23,826 nt of DNA. Origin: Ginkgo biloba (Eukaryota > Plantae > Ginkgophyta). Shown here in pieces: positions 12,000 through 21,492 of this stretch (position 1 is its first letter; every line of letters begins with the position of its first letter). The stretch lies in assembly GCA_024626585.2 (NCBI GenBank), contig JANKJI020000002.1, forward strand, positions 49,969,520-49,993,345, written 5' to 3'. The translations under genes and the position numbers were made by a program. Under the pieces are notes generated by a model that worked only from the letters and a program-made list of their open reading frames with translations, was not told the origin of the DNA and ran no database searches.

Positions 12000-13654
12000 G
12001 ATGTAAGAGTCCAATGGTCTTATGGATTTTTCCTTATGTTTGGCTGTATGCCTATTGACTCTTCTATTATTGATAAGTAAGAGCCATTAAATCCTCATTA
12101 GCATACATTTGAGTACTAATCTTCTCCATGATTTCTCTTGCCTTCTCGACCTCCCTAAGTGCATCCTGCATAAATTATGGCTATTTATGGAAGTACTATC
12201 TAGAGAATATGGCCTCCTTGACCATTTATTCAACTACCTCTATGTATGAGGAGTAGGTATTTAATGATTCATTTGTTCTCTGAGCATTTAAAGATGGCAT
12301 TGAAATCTCCTTTAACTAACCATAAATATCCGTGAATGATTTCTCCTTTTAGAATCACTTCATCCCAAAGGTTCTTATTTGCATTAAATTATTTAAAGCA
12401 TAGACATTAATAACTGTGAAAGGAATCTTATATTCAATATGGAGGAAAGTGATACTGATCTAGTTATTACCTTACCTTAAAGATACAAAATCCACTATTC
12501 CAAAGTTCTAAATAGTATAAAGACCTCTAACTTGACCCATGATTAAGACAACATTGATTTTTGATCTTGTGTAACACTTCCCAACTGTTTCTTTAGCCTT
12601 ATTAATGGGAAATTTATTTTCTTGTAGTACACAAATGTCTAGGGTAAATTCCTTTAGTTTACACTTAAGGTATCATTTTATAGTGATATATCCCATACCC
12701 CTCACATTTCAAGATAGGATGATAATTAGTGATGTAGTTATTTTCTTAATCTAAGGGAGACGTTATTAAGGTCCAATGAAGTTTTTATTCCTAGTTTTAT
12801 ATCCTCTTGGGATGCATTTTAACATGTCTACAATATTGGTGTTTAACCTTTTTTCTTCTTATTACTAACTATATCCATATTTGAGTTTCCTAGCCTTTAT
12901 TTTTCCTTTGTAGGATCCCTTAAATGGGAAAGGAAGTGATTGGTACCTTATTCTATGAGGTCACTCACATGGAAGAGGTAAACATAAATCCATATAATAA
13001 AGATCAACTTTGATGAGATAATCTCTAATTATAGTATGTTGATTAATGCGACAGGATTATCAACTTTGGGAGAGTTGAATACATGGCATGTAGTATTAAT
13101 TGGATAAGTTATGTTTACCATCAATATTTATTCATCCCTAACTCTATTGGCTTACTTTTGAGGACCTACATCTTTTCATAATCATTCCAAGATTCTATTT
13201 TGAATAACTTCAACAAAGAATTTATACTTATCCTTATCCTTACCCTTATTTCTAGATTTGTGGAAGCCATCTTTTTGTATGGTCATGTATTGGGTTTTCT
13301 TTGGAAACTAAAAAGAAAAATATAAATGCTCATGATGAAAGGAACACTTTTAAAGGAATATTATCATAATAAAGGGGATATAAATGAGTAAAATCTAATA
13401 TTTTTAACATAATTTCCTAAGGGAGTCCTTTCTCCATATATGCTTGTACATAAATCATATGTATGTAGTTATTAAGTACCTTTCCTTAGTACTATATAAT
13501 ATTTTGATAAATGTACTTAGATTGTTGAAAATATATTTGAGAAGTTATTTATCCCAAAATTTTATAGGGAGAAAGGGTAATTTAATCCACACAAAGATAG
13601 TAGTGGGAGAATGTTCTTAAGGGTCAAAACCTAGGTGTTGATATTTGGGAAATA
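12000..13654 (-). mobile_element. Decayed L1-clade LINE (ORF1 DUF4283/zinc-knuckle region + ORF2 AP-endonuclease), antisense in an intron
   Basis: ORF1 remnant LGFDP...IFVWIKLPFLP...GLP*EIMLK...YDNIPFK (~13630-13345). ORF2 start IIILS*NVRGMG...DICVLQENK (12726-12615, for SWNVRGL...LQETK), FTVINVYA (~12420-12397) and LWLVKGDFNAI (~12325-12295). The 3' extent is uncertain. Confidence 0.88.
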
Positions 13655-15293
13655 NNNNNNNNNNNNNNNNNNNNNNNNNNNNNNNNNNNNNNNNNNNNNN
13701 NNNNNNNNNNNNNNNNNNNNNNNNNNNNNNNNNNNNNNNNNNNNNNNNNNNNNNGAAGCACAATAAAAAAACATGTTAAGAACGGTAAGCAAAGTAGGAT
13801 AGTCACTTGAAGTCGGGGGAAACTTCAAGATTCCAACAAGTATAATTCAACTTAAAGGATGACATGCTTTAAAAAGGTTATTGGGGCTGTGATAGTTGGT
13901 ACATGTGATTAGTTGTTTGTTTAGTTCTTCAGCAAGATTACAAGAGTGCTGATTATGTGCAATGGATACAAGGATGCAATGGGACCTCATTAACATGGTT
14001 GATTTTGAAATAACAGTCTACCTTCTTTGGTGGCTTTGTATTTTGACTTAGGTTTGAAAGATAATGTGAGTACTTTGGCATTGCATAATACCAAAAGGCT
14101 GAGGAAGTTTGCTTTCAGTTGAAAAAGAAATAAAAAATAATTAGTTGAAAAAGTGTCTTATTCAAGTGCTCAATTTTTTTTTTTCCAAACCAAATATGAA
14201 AATAATTATACTAAAATGAATATTTTTATCATGGCAGTTATTTGTTATGGATTTGCACTAGAACACAGACACATATCAAGGCATCCGAGACACAACATTG
14301 AGATACAAAAAGAACAAACACTGTTTTAAATAAATTAGCTGATTTGCTTGAATACCAAGGAATTGTATCCAAGAAATCTATATTCAATGAAATCTTCTGG
14401 AATTCTCAAATTGAACTCATGTATTATGAAAATATGCCTTTTCATATTAGATGCTTAAAAACTTTATTTGGTGGTATTAGGTGGTTAAAACAACCTGTAA
14501 TTTACATTTTAAAGTCAAATCTAAGCTTAGCATTGGAGTTATAATAGACCCTTTGTAGAAAACTATGTACAAATGTTAAGACAATGAGATGATTCCTAAA
14601 ATTTTAAGAAAATGGCAACAAACTGGCTTGTATGAAATTTTTTGACTTATTTACATTGAACATAATTATATTTGCAAATGAAAAAGCTTGTGAGCTCGAA
14701 TGGAATATAATTAGCTTTAGTTTAAAATAAATGAATGTGGGATTTCACCCGAATGTACATTATAAATTCTTCAAGAGACTAGGGGGCAAAGAACATTAAT
14801 TTTGACAATTTTCTAGAAATTTCTGCTTAATTATTCTTATGATTTATGCGTATTGTCTAATTTAAAGAGCTGTCATTTCTTACAACTATGCTCTGTGGTG
14901 GTTCTTAATGAGAGTAATTTGTCAGGAGGATTCCACTATGTGATGATCCTAATATTACTGACATTCACATAATGAGATAATTGAGTCTATGTCAGTTACA
15001 GAATATTGATTTATGTTTATTTATTAATGCTTCTGCTTTTGTCATGTCTTTGTTTGATTTCTGGCCCATATACTTTGGGGTGCAGGTTGTTGTTTGTTAG
15101 AAATCATTATTAGATACTAATCAATAAAGGCCTTTTTCTTTAAGTATTTATGATTGCTTACGAATTCTGAACTATCCTTTCAGTTCTCCTTGGTCTTCAT
15201 TCTGGTCTTTGTATTAAGTATTTAACCGGAATTCTATGTTTTAGTGTTGCTTTTGNNNNNNNNNNNAACGCTTGTTCTCCTCTGTATTTTCAG

Positions 15294-15353
15294 GCCTCTT
15301 TCCTTTGGAATCATATGTAGGCCATAAAAATACAGTCTTTACCATGGCTTATG
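15294..15353 (+). CDS. Exon of the WD40-repeat gene (G-LFPLESYVGHKNTVFTMAY-D), first half of a WD40 repeat
   Basis: Acceptor ctctgtattttcag|, donor TG|gtcagt, 60 nt, phase 1/1. Contains the GH..V motif of WD40. Confidence 0.85.
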
Positions 15354-15572
15354 GTCAGTTATGTTCCATTACCCAGCTAATAATGTGATTTCTCAATGAT
15401 GTCTTTGTTGAATTTAATTTGATGTTTTGATTGCTCTACAATGTTAACTGCAATTCAAATTTATATCTGCAAGGGTCAATTACTGAGTGAGTGCAGTAGT
15501 GAAATACTATATTCAGGGGAGAATAGATTTTTGTAGTTAGTGGCTGATGTTTTCTTGTATGTTGACATTTAG

Positions 15573-15643
15573 ACGAACAGCGGAACGAACTTGTTAGTAG
15601 TGGAAAGGATGGTGTCATTATTACTTGGACACAAGATGGCGAG
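15573..15643 (+). CDS. Exon of the WD40-repeat gene (D-EQRNELVSSGKDGVIITWTQDGE), second half of a WD40 repeat
   Basis: Acceptor gacatttag|, donor GAG|gtatag, 71 nt, phase 1 in and phase 0 out. LVSSGKDG.I..W is the standard WD40 C-terminal pattern and joins in frame to the previous exon. Confidence 0.87.
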
Positions 15644-15899
15644 GTATAGTGACTTGAATCTAAATGTTATTTGGACTTTCAACTAAAGAAAAGATAACTA
15701 AGTTTGCCATTCTACAAAAAATGAAAGTTTGTATTTAAAGCTTAGAGGTATTGGTAAAAACACCATTTGTGAATTAGTGGTCAAGTCTGAAGCACATTGA
15801 AAGAAAGGCATATATTCCAAGGGAAGTGAAGGGTGCAAGTGGCACAAGGTAACACACTATTGGCCCTAGGCAAATACCTAAATTTGAGCTAGTTTAAGA

Positions 15900-16660
15900 A
15901 ATCTCTCAAGCTTAGGGAAGAATCAATCAATGACATCAACTATAATGAAATTTTAATAAAATATCCTTAAATACTAAGATCTCTTAAAGTTCTTGCAATT
16001 TTCTCTACCACAGTTGTTGAGGCTTCTAATTCCAGCGAGTTCCTTCTTTTTATGCTCCACACTTATTTTGAGGATTTTAAGGAATCTTATTTTTTATTAA
16101 ATTTCTTGTAAATGCTCTAAGTTTCTACAAGACTTTTTATAATTCTCTATGAAGGCTCTAATAATCCTGATGAAATCCTTTATTGTTCATTATTTCATTA
16201 ATTCTTTTGATATTTTCCTTCCTCTTTGTAATTTTTAGCAGAGATAAACCTTTTGAGTTGATCTTGTGGATGATCTTTCATTGAAATTTTTTATCAAGAA
16301 AGAACATTCTGCCAGGTAATTATGAGAGTGTTGCCACTGCTTCTCAAAATTCTCTTGTAGGATTTGCTTCAACTTAGATATATTTTGCTCAACCATTCTA
16401 TCTTGATTTAAGATTCGATTTATTAGTGCAACTTCTTGATCTTACCCCCCAAATCTTCAGAGGCTCGTAGTTCTTCAAATTGCAAGCTTTTAGTTGATCT
16501 TCGAGCATTTCTGGATGCAAAATCTTTAAATTCTCTCTTCTTCCCATTGCACCCTAGCATACGTATAGTGTCTTCTAGTTTTTTAATGTTCTCACCATCC
16601 CCAACAATGACACTAAAATGGCAATCACTTTTTAGCAATCGTCCATAAAATATCAATCCA
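15900..16660 (-). pseudogene. Decayed K/E/Q-rich, probably coiled-coil coding remnant of unknown (likely transposable element) origin
   Basis: Overlapping minus-strand open stretches such as GENIKKLEDTIRMLG...LQFEELRASEDLG and DQEVALINRILNQDRMVEQNISKLKQILQENFEKQW, with strong purine skew on the minus strand. No family recognised. Confidence 0.35.
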
Positions 16661-17707
16661 GAGGATAGTTAACTTGCGATGGTGAGAGAGGTAAGAAACC
16701 TAACTCCACCAGTCACTTTAGAAGGCAGTAACATCTAACTCTATTTTTCTGTGAAACAAAAACTTTCAAAACATTGAATAATTGCCACGATCACCTTAAC
16801 TACTATCACAACAAAATCGTAATTGCTACGAGGGAAAAGCAAATATAGGACTATTCAAATCTAACCACCACTCTTTTATCTCAGGCTTATGTATTCAACT
16901 GTGAAACTGGAAAAGTAACATAACTCATCAACTACTTATGGAAATCCTACCTACGAGTACAATAAAAAATTATTGGAGTTAACATGGGCCCTTATGTAAA
17001 CACCAATTATTCTATAAAAGTCTTAGATAACAAGAATTGTCCACTTTCTCATTTCAAGTATAAGTTATTTATACATTTTATGGTCGAGTTAACTATTTGC
17101 AACTAATTGGGAATAATTTGTGGCAATGATTACATCAAAACTATGAAGATTACATAACAATCTTTCAAGTCACCAAGTGACTAGAGGATTCATAGGATAC
17201 TAGTGACCTACAATTATCAGTGACTTAGTGATTGGAAAATAGGCATGAACCCATTCACTTTCACAAAAGACATAGAATAAAATACAAAATATAATTCAAG
17301 AGAATAATTACAAGACATGACCATTGCTTCACCAATCTGATTGTAAATCCATATCCCTTTGTCAGCATACTCTAGTGTCAAACTAGTTGGATGATAATAG
17401 AATTACTTCTTTAGAAAAAAAGTAGAAATACTGATGATGAGCAAATATTCGCTTATCATTTCTTCCCTACTAGCCTCATGATGTCCTTAGAAAGACAAAT
17501 CACTTCTAATTCTTTGAGGAGTTCTTGCATTNNNNNNNNNNNNNNNNNNNNNNNNNNNNNNNNNNNNNNNNNNNNNNNNNNNNNNNNNNNNNNNNNNNNN
17601 NNNNNNNNNNNNNNNNNNNNNNNNNNNNNNNCACCTTTTAATAATTTTAACTTTCCTAAAGTGAAACCTAGGAAAATTTTGAATTTTTTTTTTTTAAATT
17701 TTCAACT

Positions 17708-17767
17708 TGCGATTTTGCCCGATTCTTCTCACGGCTCTGCGATTTCGCCTGATTTTTCTTGTGGCTG
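17708..17767. repeat. Tandem duplication, 2 x 30 bp, with GATT/CGATT motifs
   Basis: tgcgattttgcccgattcttctcacggctc is followed by tgcgatttcgcctgatttttcttgtggctg. Confidence 0.75.
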
Positions 17768-18668
17768 TTGGAATAATTAATGATTATTTCATTGTAACCT
17801 TATGTTTATTCATTGCACATTTAATGTCCCATTAATAACTTGACAGGATTAATGGTGCCAAAAATCTCTAGCAGTGGTTGGGCATAAGCTTAAGTCTCTA
17901 GAGAAAGTGTGATGGAGCAGCTCGGCCTAATCTCTGGTGAAAGTGGGACAGATTTGCTACCAGATATAGTGTAAATCTCTGGAAAAATTATGAGCGATCA
18001 GCTGCATGAAAGTCATTGGTGACTGTGTGACATAGTTAGTATGGGGTATACAATTGGATGACTAGTTTCGGGCTAAGGGATGGTGTCTTGTCATATTTGG
18101 GCATGGTTGGCTTCCATCAGAATTCATTGGATATGCCCTTGATTCTCTTACGTGTGGGCATGTGAAAGTGCCTTGTTCGTGGTGGAGGGAACCATTGATA
18201 ATAGTGGTGTTCTTGGTCAGGTGATGAGGTGACCATACAACCTATAGACTTGAAGTGGTCAACCTTTTAAGAGACCAGACACAATTCTTCATGTCTATAC
18301 GCATCATAACCAAAAAATTAGTCCATTCTCACTGGAATAGGTTTGCTTTGCACTGATTCTAGCATATGACCTTTGTGATAGAGGTTGTGCAGGTGTATGA
18401 ATGATGGACCTTGAAATGTAAATCACAGAGATCTTCATGAAGAACCTTTCCGTACATATGCAAAAGTAGCATACCCTTCTTTTCAGACCCTTTAAGGTTC
18501 AAACGTCTCAACAGTGGCAAAATGTATTTTAAAATAGGGCACACGGCCCCAACATATGCTTTCAACAATCATCAAAGAAAACATAAGCACAATAAAGAGA
18601 ATGAACTGCAGTCCTTTTTCATCATTTAAACATTTATAAGAACTGTGGGTGGCAGTCATGGGCCATGC

Positions 18669-19358
18669 TTATGGATGCACCCTAGTCAATCTCCACAAGC
18701 TTGTACTCCACTCCTCGTTCACAATGCTCTACTTGCATATCCACTCCAGGTGTAGTTGGGTATGAACGGCCTGAAGGATCACAACTATAACTTTCCAACT
18801 AATAAGATAACAGGTTTACTTGTTTGTTAATTGTGACTTCAAAACATTAATTTGCTTACCTGCAGCCTCAAATTACTCAGTTTGTTTGTCTGGGACCTCT
18901 AGAAGTTGTCACTTAACTGCGACCTTGAACTGTTTGTTCAATTAACTGCAACATTGAACAGTTTAATTACTTAGCTCAGATTATTTGATCAAGACATCAA
19001 ATGACCATCACATTAAAACTGTACTGCAATCTTTAGAGTAATTCAGACTTATGACCTCATGCAGCAATTAGGGAATGCCTTCACAAGGGTACTGATTATA
19101 ATGTCCATGCCAGCACAGTATTCACTTTCCACTGCATACATAATTTTCACCAACGTAAATGGAGATGCTTTGGTGTGCTGGGTTGAACATATGTACATTG
19201 TTTTTGCATGTTTTTGTCACAGGCAGATCATATTATCACCCTACATTCTTACTCAGTTATTTTATGCCTAGAAAAATTGCTTCTGCAGGAGTACCGGGAA
19301 GGTGGGTTGGGAGATGGGGTAAGTTATGGGAGACTGCTGCTATTGATTTGCATGTTTC
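18669..19358 (-). pseudogene. 3' exons of a decayed multi-exon gene: 19358-19253, 19131-19056, 18945-18860, 18784-18669
   Basis: Acceptors cttttcag|, gtatgcag|, tgttgcag|, gttatag| and donors |gtaaga, |gtcata, |gtaagc. Phases chain 1-2-1 correctly, giving ETCKSIAAVSHNLPHLPTHLPGTPAEAIFLGIK*LMESEYCAGMDIIISTLVKAFPNCCMS*LNKQFKVAVK*QLLEVPDKQTE*FEAAVVILQAVHTQLHLEWICK*SIVNEEWSTSLWRLTRVHP*. Confidence 0.65.
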
Positions 19359-19737
19359 CTGAAAAGTATGCTTTGGAATAGTATGGTTGTACACCATGNN
19401 NNNNNNNNNNNNNNNNNNNNNNNNNNNNNNNNNNNNNNNNNNNNNNNNNNNNNNNNNNNNNNNNNNNNNNNNNNNNNNNNNNNNNNNNNNNNNNNNNNNN
19501 NNNNNNNNNNNNNNNNNNNNNNNNNNNNNNNNNNNNNNNNNNNNNNNNNNNNNNNNNNNNNNNNNNNNNNNNNNNNNNNNNNNNNNNNNNNNNNNNNNNN
19601 NNNNNNNNNNNNNNNNNNNNNNNNNNNNNNNNNNNNNNNNNNNNNNNNNTGGGGTTGCTATGGTAATCTCTTTATTAAATCCATCTTCTGTTTGAACCTC
19701 GCTGCTTGGCAAGGATGATAGGTTTAGGTTGAAATTC

Positions 19738-19886
19738 ATTATCCATTACTTGCCGTTATTTTTGTTTCTTCTAACCCCTGAAATGGACCTTGTTTTTAAT
19801 TTAAATATTGCTAATTTATTATCCATTACTTGTGGTTAGTATTGTTTCTTCTAGCTGCTAAAATGGTCCTTGTTTTTCATTTAAAT
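19738..19886. repeat. Tandem duplication with 80-bp period; encodes a repeated peptide on the minus strand
   Basis: attatccattacttg..tgtttcttcta...aaatgg.ccttgttttt.atttaaat begins at 19738 and again at 19818. The minus strand reads KQGPF*QLEETILTTSNG and KQGPFQGLEETKITASNG. Confidence 0.85.
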
Positions 19887-20269
19887 CTTTCTAGTGTTTT
19901 CTTTTTCAGTGGACCTAACTGTATTAGTGTTTCTGTTCTTCAATTTGTGGAAGTACAGAAAGAGGAGGCTGGGCTTGGTAACCATCTACTTCCTGCCCCT
20001 TGCATTTTTCGCTACAAGGCAGTAAAACAGGGCTGGAAAGAATATGGAATTCTAGCAAAGGAGTCTTGCAAACTTATTTCTAGCATCAAGGTGTCTTTTC
20101 TTCTCTAAATGAAAATATGCTTTATTGATGTGAAATAGTTTGCTCAGAAAAGGAGCCATTTTCCAATGTTAAAAGTGAATGTGTTTTAAGGAATAATACA
20201 TCTATTCAAACAATGATCTCTACTACTAAAGACCAGGATGAGATATTTAAAGCAAAGTATAGCACTGCA

Positions 20270-21492
20270 TCTGTGGTAGCCAGACTTCAAGCGAAAATAC
20301 TTCATGTAGAAGGGTCATGGGTTGATATCTTTGTTCAGTCCTTCATCCACATCCTTCTGTGGTTACAGATGCCAAGAGGATTCTTGAAAATTTTCCCTAT
20401 TCATCCATATGTTGGGTCTACTGCCCAGGTTCCTTCCTGTGAGAAAGCATGGGAATTCCTGCATCAAGAAGGGACTATAGACATATTATGATTTTAATTC
20501 CAGCCCTCTTCAACGAGCTTGCTCAAAGTCTCCACATAGTCTCATCTCCAGTCCATGCTTTGAATGGTATGCTTTGGCTCAATAGTCTGAATGGTGCACT
20601 TTACATGGTTGAGTACATCCTTCCCTTCCAGGATGAACTTCCCATGTGCAACATTCCTCAAGTCACTGGCAGAAGGGTTGTTGTTAAATCCAGTGAAGAA
20701 TTGATTTGGCCTGTTGATAAGGCTTCTGTACTCCAGTTGGTTGAAGAGGTTGAATAGTCATGTGTTGTGCTTAACATTTCTTTGGCTTTTAAGGACACAA
20801 TTTTTATTAATAAAGCCAGAAACTTGCATCAGCTCTTGAAGGGATTTAAGCAAGAAATTGTATATTATTAAAACTGAAACTAACCTTAACTTACTAGTCT
20901 ATATGCCTTTAGCATGTAAACTAGCGTGAAATCTTACTTATCAGACATTCAAAATGAACTACTTTAATGCTATGATTACATATTGCTCTTGGGTACCGGC
21001 AACAGTTGTTCCTCTTCAATATCAGAGCCTTAGTTCGGTTATGACCCAAAATCCCATCATATGACATTTTTTATCATGATAATTCTCTCTAAGTCATCTA
21101 ACTACTTCATTAACCCTGAGTAACTGGGTTAAGGGTACACAAGTACACTGCCCATTTGCAGTGACTAGGACCCCACCCATTCTATTTGATGCACTTCCTG
21201 ATGAGGTTCATTGTACGTGACATGTATTTTATTGCTGCACTGCTAAATGAAAGAGACACCATGAAGGAAACAGCACCACATGTAATAAGTATACGTCCAT
21301 ATTACCATGAAGAAGCCAACACCACATTTGATTCTTCACTTAGCGTAATGGATATTCAATTCATAATGCATTGCATAGTTCATTTATCCTTATTTTACCA
21401 TTAAAGGGAATGATGAAACTCAATTGCACAAAAGGGACTTCAGCAGCAGAAGTGGCCTCTGGAATCAGGCCTTGCTCCAAGGATACCTTCAC
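20270..21492 (-). pseudogene. 5' exons of a decayed multi-exon gene; putative beta-class amino (N4C/N6A) DNA methyltransferase-like domain
   Basis: Exon 21492-21399 (VKVSLEQGLIPEATSAAEVPFVQLSFIIPFN-) splices in phase 1 to exon 21234-~20963 (AIKYMSRTMNLIRKCIK*NGWGPSHCKWAVYLCTLNPVTQ / frameshift / VNEVVR*LRENYHDKKCHMMGFWVITELRL*Y*RGTTVAGTQEQYVIIALK). A single-frame segment ~20840-20270 contains HAFSQEGTWAVDPTYG*IG. Coding origin is fairly well supported; the methyltransferase identity is by-eye motif resemblance only. Confidence 0.45.

Noticed and set aside
11220-12000. Possible continuation of the LINE into RT (minus-strand STSIKIIHGCRQ, resembling RGxRQG)
   Set aside because: A single short motif with no following PLSP, too close to the endonuclease start and separated from it by a gap. 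Left unassigned.
16238-16315. Plus-strand AG...CAG|gtaatt exon-like segment
   Set aside because: In the phase 0 required after exon 15643 it hits TAA almost immediately.
18684-18780. Minus-strand frame DPSGRSYPTTPGVDMQVEHCERGVEYKLVEID*, superficially like the C-terminus of a bacterial protein
   Set aside because: The splice phase from the upstream exon selects a different frame, and the resemblance is short and unsupported.
19289-19318. Plus-strand 30-nt micro-exon candidate (ttctgcag|EYREGGLGDG|gtaagt), phase 0/0, compatible with the last WD40 exon
   Set aside because: It lies entirely within the antisense of minus-strand exon 19358-19253 and does not continue a WD40 pattern, so it is probably coincidental. 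Exonisation cannot be excluded without RNA-seq.
20213-20757. Plus-strand ORFs of 92 and 102 aa in the ORF track
   Set aside because: They are antisense shadows of the decayed minus-strand coding region and show no WD40 or other recognisable motif.
21257-21330. Imperfect ~27-bp duplication (ccatgaag..a.c..caccacat) and a possible extra micro-exon in the intron of the decayed gene
   Set aside because: Only two short degenerate copies, and the micro-exon acceptor lacks a pyrimidine tract. It is not needed for phase consistency.
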